The position numbers and the translations under genes are program-made. From the NCBI GenBank assembly GCA_016735395.1, contig JAERRO010000017.1:1-58450 (forward strand): DNA of 58,450 nt, in the 5' to 3' direction. This document shows positions 37,462-46,517 of the stretch, piece by piece. The notes beneath the pieces are model-generated. The model made no database searches. It saw only the letters and a program-made list of their open reading frames with translations, and was not told the DNA's origin. Each line of letters starts with the position of its first letter. Position 1 is the first letter of the stretch. The DNA is from Alphaproteobacteria bacterium. GTDB taxonomy: Bacteria; Pseudomonadota; Alphaproteobacteria; Rs-D84; JAERRO01.

Positions 37462-38337
37462 TTGACGAATAAAATAAAGTCATTTACAGATAAATTGTCT
37501 ATAAAATTTATAGTAAATTTGTTATTAGTCATCGGAATTCTATCGACTATATTTTTTGTCATAAGCAATATAAATATAGATTCTAACCAGTTATCATTTT
37601 TCGGTTGGACAGCTCCGACAGGCACATTTCCTATTGTATGGTTATCGATAATAATAGGACTATTAGACGGATTTAACCCTTGCGAGTTATGGGTATTAGC
37701 ATTTTTAGTAGGAGTTTTATCTCAACTCGGCAATTATAAAAGAATGTTATTAGTGATAGGAGTCTTTTTGACTACTTCTATGGTTAGTTATTACATTATG
37801 TTATTAAGTTTATTAAAGGCTCAACAGTGGGTATTAGAAAATGCCTTTATCATTCGTATATTACACATAGCTATAGGCATACTATCTCTTGTAGTAGCTT
37901 TGACATTTGCCTATCATATAGTGGTTAATTATATGAGTCAGTGCAATATGATAAGTATTGAGAAGAAAAACAAATTAGACAAATTGGCTAACAAAATAGG
38001 GAGTTCTCCGACGGTATCTCTATCTATATTGGCTGGTATCATAGGACTATCTCTTTCGTTAACGATGGTAGAGCTTTTATGTTCTATACAGCTACCGTTG
38101 ATATATACATCCGTTCTAGCGACATTATCTTTGCCTAGCTATCAGTATTATCTACAACTTTTATTATACGATATTGCATTTATGACTCAAAACTTTATAG
38201 TCTTTTTCATAGCATTAAAAACATTAAAAACGGCATCTCTACATAAATTAGATAAACCTCTCAAATGGATAGGAATGATAGTTATGTTTATGTTAGGAAT
38301 TATAATTATATTCAAACCAGATTTATTAGCCTTATAA
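37462..38337 (+). CDS. Polytopic membrane protein (CcdA/DsbD-like thiol-disulfide transporter candidate)
   Basis: 291 aa, TTG start, ~7 TM segments. GLLDGFNPCELWVLAFLVG resembles the CcdA/DsbD Cys-containing first TM. Paired with the upstream thioredoxin-fold gene. Confidence 0.5.
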   Translation: MTNKIKSFTDKLSIKFIVNLLLVIGILSTIFFVISNINIDSNQLSFFGWTAPTGTFPIVWLSIIIGLLDGFNPCELWVLAFLVGVLSQLGNYKRMLLVIGVFLTTSMVSYYIMLLSLLKAQQWVLENAFIIRILHIAIGILSLVVALTFAYHIVVNYMSQCNMISIEKKNKLDKLANKIGSSPTVSLSILAGIIGLSLSLTMVELLCSIQLPLIYTSVLATLSLPSYQYYLQLLLYDIAFMTQNFIVFFIALKTLKTASLHKLDKPLKWIGMIVMFMLGIIIIFKPDLLAL

Positions 38338-38431
38338 TATGGGAGACTATGTATAGTATAAAAAACTTGCAATATTATAATGAAAGTATTATAAAGTTAT
38401 TATCTAATAATTATTAAAACAAGGATTTATT

Positions 38432-38857
38432 ATGAGTATAAAAAGCAAAATAAAGCAGTTAAAGGTCTTAGTGACTGTGATGGAAGAGAACGGTCTGAGC
38501 GAACTTAATATGGGAGGATACCATCTTAAAAGGGGAAATACAGAGGCGGTCAATACTATACCTCGTCCCAGAGTCAACGAAGTTTCTATTAAAAAGGCAG
38601 TTTCCGAACACGAGAAAGAAGACCTAGAAAAAATCACATCTCCTATGGTAGGCATCGTATATCTACGATCTAAACCCGACCAACCTTCTTTTGTATCGAC
38701 AGGTCAAAATGTTAAAAAAGGTCAGACTGTATGTTTAGTTGAAGCTATGAAAACTTTTAACGAGATAAAAGCTTCTAGAGACGGCAAGATTGTAAAAATT
38801 CTAGTGAAGGACGGTTCTATGATAGAATTCGGCACACCGTTATTTTCTATAAAGTAA
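38432..38857 (+). CDS. accB: Biotin carboxyl carrier protein
   Basis: 141 aa. Biotinylation motif CLVEAMKTFNEI. Confidence 0.9.
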   Translation: MSIKSKIKQLKVLVTVMEENGLSELNMGGYHLKRGNTEAVNTIPRPRVNEVSIKKAVSEHEKEDLEKITSPMVGIVYLRSKPDQPSFVSTGQNVKKGQTVCLVEAMKTFNEIKASRDGKIVKILVKDGSMIEFGTPLFSIK

Positions 38858-38878
38858 ACCTATTATAAAAGACAAAAT

Positions 38879-40306
38879 ATGAAGACGATAAAGAAACTTT
38901 TAATTGCTAATCGAGGCGAAATAGCGGTTCGAATTATTAGGGCTTGTCAAGAGTTAGGCATAAAAACTGTAGCGGTATATTCTACTATAGACAGAGATGC
39001 TATGCATGTCTTGTTAGCAGACGAAAGTGTTTGCATAGGACCAGGGCCATCTAAATTATCGTACCTAAACCAAGGTGCAATAATCTCTTCAGCTTTATTG
39101 ACTGGTTGTGATGCCGTCCATCCAGGATACGGATTTTTGAGTGAGAGAGCAGATTTTGTAAAAAAATTAGAGGAACACAATATAGTGTTCGTAGGGCCTA
39201 CTGCAGATATGATAGACCGTATGGGTAATAAAATAATGGCAAGAGAGACCGTAAAAGATTGCGGAATACCTACGGTTCCAGGTTCTAAAGGAGCAGTAGA
39301 GAGTATAGAGGAAGTCAAAAGATTAGGCAAAGAATACGGCTACCCTGTCCTGATTAAGGCCAGTGCTGGAGGCGGTGGTAAAGGTATGGTAGTAGTTAAA
39401 AACGATTCCGAAGCAGAAACTCTATACCCTATGGTTAGAAAAGAGGCAGAAGAGTTATTCGGCGACAGTGCCGTCTATGTAGAGAAGTTTTTATCTAGTC
39501 CACGACACATAGAATTACAAATATTAGCCGACACTCACGGTAATATAGTTATATTAGGAGAACGAGATTGTTCGTTGCAAAGAAAGAGGCAAAAAGTTTT
39601 AGAAGAATGCCCTGCTGCCTGTTTAACAGATAAAGTCAGAGCTGAAATTATAGATACTACATATAAAGCATTAAAAAAGATGGACTATTTAAATGCTGGT
39701 ACTATAGAATTTATGTATGAAAACGGAAAATTTTATTTTATAGAGATGAACACAAGAATACAAGTAGAACACCCGATCACAGAGGTCGTCTATAAAATAG
39801 ACATTATAAAAGAACAGATCCGTATAGCTGAAGGTAAAGCAATATCTGTAAAACAGGAAAATTTAAGACCTGAAGGTCATGCTATAGAATTGAGGATAAA
39901 TGCTGAAAATCCTGAAACTTTTATACCTAGTCCAGGACGAATAAAACTGTTTCATCCAGCTGGAGGGTACGGCATCAGAGTAGATTCTGCCGTTTATACT
40001 GGTTATAATGTTCCTCCGACATATGATAGTATGATTGCAAAATTGATAGTCCATGCTCCTACCAGAGAAGAATGTTTTTCTAAATCGTTAAGGGCATTGA
40101 ACGAGTTTATAGTCCACGGAATAGAAACTACTATTCCTCTTCTAGAAAGATTGTTGCAAAACAAAGATGTTATAAAACTTAACATCGATAACAAGTGGCT
40201 AGAGAAATTTCTAGACAAAAAGGCTGTGTGTAAAAAACGGAAGCCGAAAAAGTCGAAGAAATCTTCGAACAGTAAAAAGGTCAACAAAAAATCGAGTAAA
40301 AGATAA
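38879..40306 (+). CDS. accC: Biotin carboxylase (with Lys-rich C-terminal tail)
   Basis: 475 aa. KKLLIANRGEIAVRIIRAC, ATP-grasp KASAGGGGKGM, EMNTRIQVEHPITE. C-terminal tail KKRKPKKSKKSSNSKKVNKKSSKR. Confidence 0.92.
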   Translation: MKTIKKLLIANRGEIAVRIIRACQELGIKTVAVYSTIDRDAMHVLLADESVCIGPGPSKLSYLNQGAIISSALLTGCDAVHPGYGFLSERADFVKKLEEHNIVFVGPTADMIDRMGNKIMARETVKDCGIPTVPGSKGAVESIEEVKRLGKEYGYPVLIKASAGGGGKGMVVVKNDSEAETLYPMVRKEAEELFGDSAVYVEKFLSSPRHIELQILADTHGNIVILGERDCSLQRKRQKVLEECPAACLTDKVRAEIIDTTYKALKKMDYLNAGTIEFMYENGKFYFIEMNTRIQVEHPITEVVYKIDIIKEQIRIAEGKAISVKQENLRPEGHAIELRINAENPETFIPSPGRIKLFHPAGGYGIRVDSAVYTGYNVPPTYDSMIAKLIVHAPTREECFSKSLRALNEFIVHGIETTIPLLERLLQNKDVIKLNIDNKWLEKFLDKKAVCKKRKPKKSKKSSNSKKVNKKSSKR

Positions 40307-40309
40307 CCT

Positions 40310-42088
40310 ATGAATATCTTTAATAGAAAAAACCGAGAGAATAACAAAAAACAGAAGAAATCTGTTCTAGTCAGAATCTTTAAAGATTGGACGATGCCTA
40401 ATATAAAGTACATAATATTTATTGCTATTATGTCTATATTAGTGGGTCTATCCGAGGGTGCTATAATATGGGTAATGAAGCACTTTTTGGACGAAGGTCT
40501 AGTAGGGAAAAATATAGATAAAATAAATATATTAGTTTTGTGTCTAATATCGGCTTATCTTCTAAAAAATATTATTTTGTATATTATCGGGCGGGTATCG
40601 GCGGTGTTGAACCTAAGATTGGGTCGTCAGATCAGATTGAGATTATTAAACAAATTATTAAAAATGAACATCCCGTACTTTCATTCTACGGCATCTGGTA
40701 CATTACAGAACATCTATTTTCAGTTTTCCGGTTCAGTAGGAAGTCTTGCTGTGAATCCGATAATAAATATTATTAAAGATGGAATCACGGTAGTATTTAT
40801 GATGGGAGCTATGATATGGTTATCTCCGTCATTGAGTCTAGTACTAATATTAGTTACACCTCTAATATTTATACCTATGCTTAAAGCAGTTAAAAAATTG
40901 AGAAACCTCAGTAAAGAAATTATGACACAGAACAATACATTTCAGGGTAAAATAAACGAAACATTTTTAGCTATCGATTTGGTAAAAAATTATCAAACCG
41001 AAGACTTCGAAATGAAGAAGCAAAAGAAGATGGAAAACTTGTTATACAAAATAAATCTTAAAAGAGAATTTATTACTGCGAAAATAAAACCATTAACAGA
41101 GATGTCTATTGGACTTGGCATAGGTTATGTATTGTATATGGGCGGAATAAATATTGCTAAAGGCACTATAACTATTGGAGATTTTATAGCATTTATTTTG
41201 GCTACTCAAACGGCCTTTATGCCACTTAAAAGAGTAATAAACACTATCGTGATGCTACAACAACAAATAGTATTATCTGAAGGTTATTATAAAATATTAG
41301 ACACAAACACAGATATGCCTGAAGCTTGTCGAACTATAGAAACCGATGCTCCTCTACCTATAGAATTCAAAAATGTGTCGTTTAGTTATCCTAAACAAGA
41401 GGACGATAAATATTCATTAAACAAAGTATCTTTTACATTTGAACCTAACAAATCGTATGCTATAGTAGGTTTCTCCGGTTCCGGAAAATCTACTATGTTT
41501 AAGTTATTGATGAATTGGTATGACGAGTATAAGGGTTCTATTAAGGTAGGCGGAGTCCCATTAAAAAATATAAAGCCCACTAACCTATCCCAAATGATAA
41601 CATTGGTCTCTCAAGACAATTTTATCTTTAGAGACAGTATTATGGATAATATTAAATATAGTAAAATATCTTCTAGTAATTCTAATGTTATAGAGGCAAG
41701 TAAGAAAGCAGAGATGCACGACTTTATTTCTACTCTTCCCAAGAAATATAATGCAGAAATAAATATGAACACTCTCTCGGGCGGTCAAAAGCAGAGGATA
41801 GAAATCGCCAGAGCTATTTTAAAAGATTCCCCTATCTTGTTATTTGACGAACCTACCTCCTCGTTAGACTCTAGTACAGAGAAAAAGATTTTTGGGTCTC
41901 TAAAGAAAATCACGAAAAACAAGACAGTTATTATAATAGCCCATAGATTATCTACGATACAGGATGTAGATTGTATTCTAGTGATGAATCAAGGCAAAAT
42001 AGTTGAACAAGGCAGTCATATGGATCTTATAAAATTAGACGGATTATATTCTAAATTGTCATCACTTCAAAAAACTACACTTGTCTAA
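40310..42088 (+). CDS. ABC transporter, fused permease/ATPase (MsbA-like exporter)
   Basis: 592 aa. Six-TM N-terminal half. Walker A GFSGSGKST, signature LSGGQKQRIEIARA, Walker B ILLFDEPTSSLD. Confidence 0.85.
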   Translation: MNIFNRKNRENNKKQKKSVLVRIFKDWTMPNIKYIIFIAIMSILVGLSEGAIIWVMKHFLDEGLVGKNIDKINILVLCLISAYLLKNIILYIIGRVSAVLNLRLGRQIRLRLLNKLLKMNIPYFHSTASGTLQNIYFQFSGSVGSLAVNPIINIIKDGITVVFMMGAMIWLSPSLSLVLILVTPLIFIPMLKAVKKLRNLSKEIMTQNNTFQGKINETFLAIDLVKNYQTEDFEMKKQKKMENLLYKINLKREFITAKIKPLTEMSIGLGIGYVLYMGGINIAKGTITIGDFIAFILATQTAFMPLKRVINTIVMLQQQIVLSEGYYKILDTNTDMPEACRTIETDAPLPIEFKNVSFSYPKQEDDKYSLNKVSFTFEPNKSYAIVGFSGSGKSTMFKLLMNWYDEYKGSIKVGGVPLKNIKPTNLSQMITLVSQDNFIFRDSIMDNIKYSKISSSNSNVIEASKKAEMHDFISTLPKKYNAEINMNTLSGGQKQRIEIARAILKDSPILLFDEPTSSLDSSTEKKIFGSLKKITKNKTVIIIAHRLSTIQDVDCILVMNQGKIVEQGSHMDLIKLDGLYSKLSSLQKTTLV

Positions 42089-42123
42089 ATACAGAGATAA
42101 ATCATAAAAGATTTATAATAAAA

Positions 42124-42158
42124 AAGTGCTATAAAAAATATAATTTCTTATAGCACTT
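42124..42158. terminator. Bidirectional hairpin between the ABC transporter gene and rpmA
   Basis: AAGTGCTATAA (42124..42134) / TTATAGCACTT (42148..42158), flanked by A-run and T-run. Confidence 0.6.
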
Positions 42159-42184
42159 TTCAGATTGTATATAACCGAGTTATT

Positions 42185-42451
42185 TTAAACAGTAGCTATT
42201 TCTGGTAATACTTCAACATAAGCTCTATTACCTTTTTTACGATAGAAATGTACTCTACCAGGAGCCGTTGCAAATAAAGTGTGATCTTTACCCATACCTA
42301 CATATAACCCAGGATGAATTTTAGTTCCTCGTTGTCTTATGATGATCCGTCCACTTAGAACTAGTTGACCACCGCCAACTTTAACACCTAATCTTCTTCC
42401 TGCGGAATCTCTTCCATTATTCGACGAACCGCTTGATGCACTTGCTGACAT
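42185..42451 (-). CDS. rpmA: 50S ribosomal protein L27
   Basis: 88 aa. [48 protein letters not shown]. Confidence 0.95.
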   Translation of the reverse strand: MSASASSGSSNNGRDSAGRRLGVKVGGGQLVLSGRIIIRQRGTKIHPGLYVGMGKDHTLFATAPGRVHFYRKKGNRAYVEVLPEIATV

Positions 42452-42512
42452 ATTTCACTCCTGGTTTAAATCATCGTAGGATCGCGAACGACCTACTAGA
42501 TTATATTAACGA

Positions 42513-42812
42513 TTAGGCGGACTTAATGTCCTTAATTTTGAGGACAGTTAATTGAGCTCTAAAACCTTGTAATCTTTTATAACCTTGTCTTCGTTTCTTT
42601 TTAAAAACTAGGACTTTGTCATCTTTTTTTTGTTTAACAATTTCTGCGATTACTGTGGCACCTTTGACTAGAGGGGTACCGACTTTTCCATCGACTAATA
42701 ATACCTGATCCAGTGTAATTTCACCACTATCTTGACTTAATTTGTTGACTTCAATTATATCGTTTTTACGAACTATAAATTGCGAGCCTCCTGTTTTTAC
42801 AACAGCGAACAT
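42513..42812 (-). CDS. rplU: 50S ribosomal protein L21
   Basis: MFAVVKTGGSQFIV... is the canonical L21 N-terminus. An aaagga RBS precedes this Met. The track ORF start at 42839 would overlap the predicted -10 (TATTAT, 42838..42843). Confidence 0.9.
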   Translation of the reverse strand: MFAVVKTGGSQFIVRKNDIIEVNKLSQDSGEITLDQVLLVDGKVGTPLVKGATVIAEIVKQKKDDKVLVFKKKRRQGYKRLQGFRAQLTVLKIKDIKSA

Positions 42813-42860
42813 AGGTAATCCTTTTAATAACATTTGCATAATAAAATATAAACATTAAGA

Positions 42861-42910
42861 AGTCAAGTGTAATTTTCCATCTTGACTAAATATCTATACT
42901 AACTTATAGT
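42861..42910. promoter_or_regulatory. Back-to-back divergent promoters (rplU-rpmA / serS)
   Basis: Inverted -35 pair AGTCAA (42861..42866) / TTGACT (42882..42887). Plus strand: TTGACT-N17-TATAGT (42905..42910). Minus strand: TTGACT-N17-TATTAT. Confidence 0.5.
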
Positions 42911-42944
42911 TTCTGTAATCAAAGTAGAAAGCAAGGAACACATT

Positions 42945-44234
42945 ATGGATATCGTTGAAATCAGGAAGTCCCCCAAAATTATGGAGGAGGCTCTTATCGC
43001 AAAAAACATAGACTTTGATATGCGGTCATTTTTATTGTTAGACGACGAGGTTCGCGAGTTAAAAAGGAAGACCGAGGACATAAAATCTAGGCAGAATATA
43101 TTATCGAAGGAGATACAGTCTTCAGATACTCTTGATAGGGATATATTGATAGAGAGATCTAAAAAATTGAAAGACGAGTTGAAGGTGGATGTAGATTTAT
43201 TAAAAACAAAGGAAAACAGTTGGAAAGATTTATATTATAGTTTACCGCAAGTTCCTAGTAAAAAGGCTCCTAACGGTAAAAGCGACGAAGACAATATCGT
43301 GTTAGAGACGGTAGGCAAACCTAGAAATTTTGAAGAAGAGGGATTTACACCATTGAGTCATATGGAGTTAATTAGGTTAAATAATTGGGGCGATTTCGAG
43401 AGATCTTCTAAAGTCAGCGGTGCCAGATCTTATACTTTACAGGGAGATTTATTTTTATATGAGCAAGCACTATTCAGTTATACTCTACAAAAATTACGGT
43501 CTAAAAATTTTAAATTATTTTCGGTTCCATCTTTAATCAGAGGAGAAGTCTTTAAAAGATCTACTACTGTCTCGGAAAACGACAGTTACGAGTTAAAAGA
43601 CGACGGATCATTTCTAGTTCCTACTAGCGAGTATATATTGACAAATTGGCACGGCGGAGAAATATTAGAAGAGGCAGAATTGCCTAAATTATATGGGGGA
43701 TATTCTGCATGTTTTCGTAAAGAGGCAGGCTCTTATGGGAAGGACACTAAAGGTCTAATGCGGTTGCACCAGTTTAACAAAGTAGAACAGGTAGTCTTAT
43801 GTAAAGCGGATGACGAAGTTGCAGAGAAGATGCACCTTTTTATTTTAGAAAATGCGAAGGAGTTGATGACAGATTTAGAACTACCGTTTGAAGTTATGGA
43901 GTGTTGTACTGGAGATATGGGAAAAGGGAAACACAGGATGTTTGACATTAATAGTTGGGTTCCGTCTGAAAATTGTTATAGAGAGACACATTCTGCTTCT
44001 TCATTTTTAGAATGGCAAGCCCGCAAAATGGATCTAAGATATCGTGAAACTGCGAGCCGAAAAGTTAAATTTGTGTATACACTAAATAATACGATGTTAG
44101 CTTTACCGAGAACTTTTATATCTCTTTTAGAAAATCACCAAGAGTTCGACGAGAAGTCGGGTTATCGTGTGAGTATACCTACAAAGCTTCGTCCGTTTAT
44201 GGGTGGAGAGAAATATTTAAAGTCTAATAATTGA
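42945..44234 (+). CDS. serS: Seryl-tRNA synthetase
   Basis: 429 aa. N-terminal coiled-coil arm (MDIVEIRKSPKIMEEAL...). Class II core GGYSACFRKEAGSYGKDTKGLMRLHQFNKVEQV and TLNNTMLALPRTFISLLENHQ. Confidence 0.9.
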   Translation: MDIVEIRKSPKIMEEALIAKNIDFDMRSFLLLDDEVRELKRKTEDIKSRQNILSKEIQSSDTLDRDILIERSKKLKDELKVDVDLLKTKENSWKDLYYSLPQVPSKKAPNGKSDEDNIVLETVGKPRNFEEEGFTPLSHMELIRLNNWGDFERSSKVSGARSYTLQGDLFLYEQALFSYTLQKLRSKNFKLFSVPSLIRGEVFKRSTTVSENDSYELKDDGSFLVPTSEYILTNWHGGEILEEAELPKLYGGYSACFRKEAGSYGKDTKGLMRLHQFNKVEQVVLCKADDEVAEKMHLFILENAKELMTDLELPFEVMECCTGDMGKGKHRMFDINSWVPSENCYRETHSASSFLEWQARKMDLRYRETASRKVKFVYTLNNTMLALPRTFISLLENHQEFDEKSGYRVSIPTKLRPFMGGEKYLKSNN

Positions 44235-44305
44235 TATGTGGAGATAAAATAAGTCGTAAATAAAACAAATTACCTACGACCTAATCTACCATAGGTTGAA
44301 AGAAC

Positions 44306-44527
44306 TTATAAGTCAAGTTTTTTTATCATTTTTCCACCTTCCTTATGAGAATCTATCATCCTCTTTATCATCAAGACCAGAGTCCGTTGTCCTTCTAGCA
44401 TCCGTAGTTCTGAATCTGTAGCAGAGTGAGGGACGGATCTATATAGTGTTATATTCTCTAGATACTTTAAAAATTCTTTACCGTTGCGATTATTGAAGCA
44501 TAGGAAGCATTCTTTAGCTATATTCAT
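44306..44527 (-). CDS. Small phage-associated protein (Bbp19-like?)
   Basis: 73 aa, ATGA-coupled to the portal gene. FNNRNGKEFLKYLENITL...SELRMLEGQRTLVLMIKRMI resembles the small Bbp19-type phage family (from memory only). Confidence 0.35.
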   Translation of the reverse strand: MNIAKECFLCFNNRNGKEFLKYLENITLYRSVPHSATDSELRMLEGQRTLVLMIKRMIDSHKEGGKMIKKLDL

Positions 44528-45975
44528 ATGGCAGTCTCCTCTTTATCGATACTATCTTTAATTAGAGAGGCAGGTATATTCAAAGTTTTCGCGACCCATA
44601 TTAAGATTTCTTTATGTTCTAAAATATCATTACATCCCATACTATTAGCGACCTCTATAAAGCCGAACAGTTTGTTAGTCTTTTCATTTTGATGTAGTTG
44701 TGCTACAGGAGAGAGGTATGACATTTTAAACAGGCTATTGTCGTATAAGACAGGGTTAATAAGACCTCTACTAATTAAAATATCTATACTTCGAACTAGT
44801 AGAGGCTTCATAAGTTCCTCTTGAATTCTCCCGTATGTTGCCCCGAGCACCCTCATCAGAACGGCTTGTCGTTCTATAATTTCTGTGGCTGTCATACTAG
44901 AGGTATTTATCGAACTTAATTTATCGGTAAAAAGAGAAGATCTAATTCTTCTCCGAAGATCATTTAAAAGTTTATCTGAGACATTAAAATCACTAGGCAC
45001 TCGTAACGGGGTTAACCCTTGAGATCCTATTGCTTTAGGTATAACAACTCCGGGAGCTAATTTAAGGTTAGATATATTCATTACTCCGTCGTCTTCGACT
45101 TGCCACATACCAGAAACGGCTATAGAAGCATTTTTCAAAACCAACTCCATAACTTTATTGAGTGTCTTGATATCCGGCAGTGCTTTCATCACTGGAGAGT
45201 ACCCGTAAATTCCGTCTATCAGTTGATTCCATCTAAAGATAAGCAGAGGGTTAGTCTTGAAAGATCCACATTCTAGTGTGTTATGATTCGTTATGTCCTC
45301 ACCTAAAATAGACTTATCGAGGAAAACTTTTTTACTAGAAAAACCTACTGTTTGTTTTTCTATAATGTGCAGAATTTTAACTTTATAGGTAGAATTTTCT
45401 TCTAATACCTGTATAAGTCTAGGGTTATCTATTCGACTTCTAAACTTATTTAGAAACTCTCTAGCTAACATAGAAATTTTAAAAAACATAACATTGTTAT
45501 CTTCGCTAATAACTAGAGAAGCTATAGACACCGCTTTAAATTCGAAGATAGAATCACTTTCAAGCGGAGCATTCTTCATTAGCATACAGGCCGTCCCAGA
45601 AACGACTAGATCGTTATAACATTGATGAATTTCTGTTGAAAAGTTAGACATATCTAGATTAGAATTTATCAGATTATCGGCATCTTTTACTTGTTCCTTT
45701 ACTAGATTAAACTCTTCGGGATACAATTTATTCTCTAGATCTGTAGATGTCGACAAACTGAACCAAGGTGTGGAAGCTGGTGTTACGACGGAAAAGATAG
45801 AAGCTACTAATTGTTCTACGGCATCTAGTCCCGTTGAGTCGAAAATTTCTTTTTGATCTTTGACCTCTATGGGAAGTGTATACTTAAAACATTCACTCCA
45901 ATTTTTTTCTAGTTCTTGTCTTTTATCTTTTAGTTTATGATACTCTGTGATGAGTTGTTTTATATTAGATTTCAT
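44524..45975 (-). CDS. Phage portal (head-to-tail connector, T7 gp8-like)
   Basis: 483 aa. DGIYGYSPVMKALPDIKTLNKVMEL and TATEIIERQAVLMRVLGATYGRIQEELMKPLLVRSIDILISRGLI parallel T7 gp8 (ESYGRSYIEEYLGDLRSLENL; TAEEIRYVASELEDTLGGVYSILSQELQLPLV). Confidence 0.65.
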   Translation of the reverse strand: MKSNIKQLITEYHKLKDKRQELEKNWSECFKYTLPIEVKDQKEIFDSTGLDAVEQLVASIFSVVTPASTPWFSLSTSTDLENKLYPEEFNLVKEQVKDADNLINSNLDMSNFSTEIHQCYNDLVVSGTACMLMKNAPLESDSIFEFKAVSIASLVISEDNNVMFFKISMLAREFLNKFRSRIDNPRLIQVLEENSTYKVKILHIIEKQTVGFSSKKVFLDKSILGEDITNHNTLECGSFKTNPLLIFRWNQLIDGIYGYSPVMKALPDIKTLNKVMELVLKNASIAVSGMWQVEDDGVMNISNLKLAPGVVIPKAIGSQGLTPLRVPSDFNVSDKLLNDLRRRIRSSLFTDKLSSINTSSMTATEIIERQAVLMRVLGATYGRIQEELMKPLLVRSIDILISRGLINPVLYDNSLFKMSYLSPVAQLHQNEKTNKLFGFIEVANSMGCNDILEHKEILIWVAKTLNIPASLIKDSIDKEETAI

Positions 45976-46087
45976 TATTAAACTCCTTTAATTGAAAACT
46001 ACCCGATAGCTACGGGCGAGCATTATGAGACCTATAAAATAGGCATTTTATTAAATTAGAAAGACTATAATTATATACAGAATAATT

Positions 46088-46516
46088 TTATAGTTTAGGC
46101 AAGTTAGGCAAATAATTGTCTACTTGATCAGCTTTTATTAAAAAGCTTTGACATTTTATCTCGTCGACGGACATACCTGTAGCAAATTTTACTATAGGGT
46201 TCAGAGCTGTAAAAATCAGAAAGACAAAAAACAGATGTTTAATACTATCTATAATTTTCGGCGGATTTTGATCTCCCCGTATAGATATATTTTTTATAAT
46301 CAGTCCTACTGCCCAACCGAAAAATAGCAGACCGGCAATAATTTGAGACACTAGAAAAAGCATATCAAAAATATTAGTAAATACTTCAGGTGTACACATA
46401 GGATCTTTAAGCAAAAAATAGATACCGTCGCTATAGGACTTCATTGAAACTTCTAGACCTTGACCTCTCCAAATCTCTAGATATTCAGAAAAATTGTTAT
46501 CTCCATTTGATAACAT
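46088..46516 (-). CDS. Small membrane protein coupled to the FtsZ-like gene
   Basis: 142 aa. TM segments LFLVSQIIAGLLFFGWAVGLII and HLFFVFLIFTALNPIV. Its start lies 1 nt after the FtsZ-like stop (TAA-T-ATG). Confidence 0.45.
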   Translation of the reverse strand: MLSNGDNNFSEYLEIWRGQGLEVSMKSYSDGIYFLLKDPMCTPEVFTNIFDMLFLVSQIIAGLLFFGWAVGLIIKNISIRGDQNPPKIIDSIKHLFFVFLIFTALNPIVKFATGMSVDEIKCQSFLIKADQVDNYLPNLPKL

Positions 46517-46517
46517 A

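Noticed and set aside
40231-40306. Lys/Ser-rich C-terminal tail on AccC, and similar basic N-termini on several membrane proteins
   Set aside because: This is probably a compositional consequence of an A-rich genome (AAA/AAG codons). There is no evidence for a discrete functional element.
42452-42512. Imperfect hairpin GTAGGATCG..CGACCTAC between rplU and rpmA, considered as a ribosomal-protein leader or ncRNA
   Set aside because: The stem is short and imperfect, and I recognise no conserved leader motif. It is most simply an intercistronic spacer.
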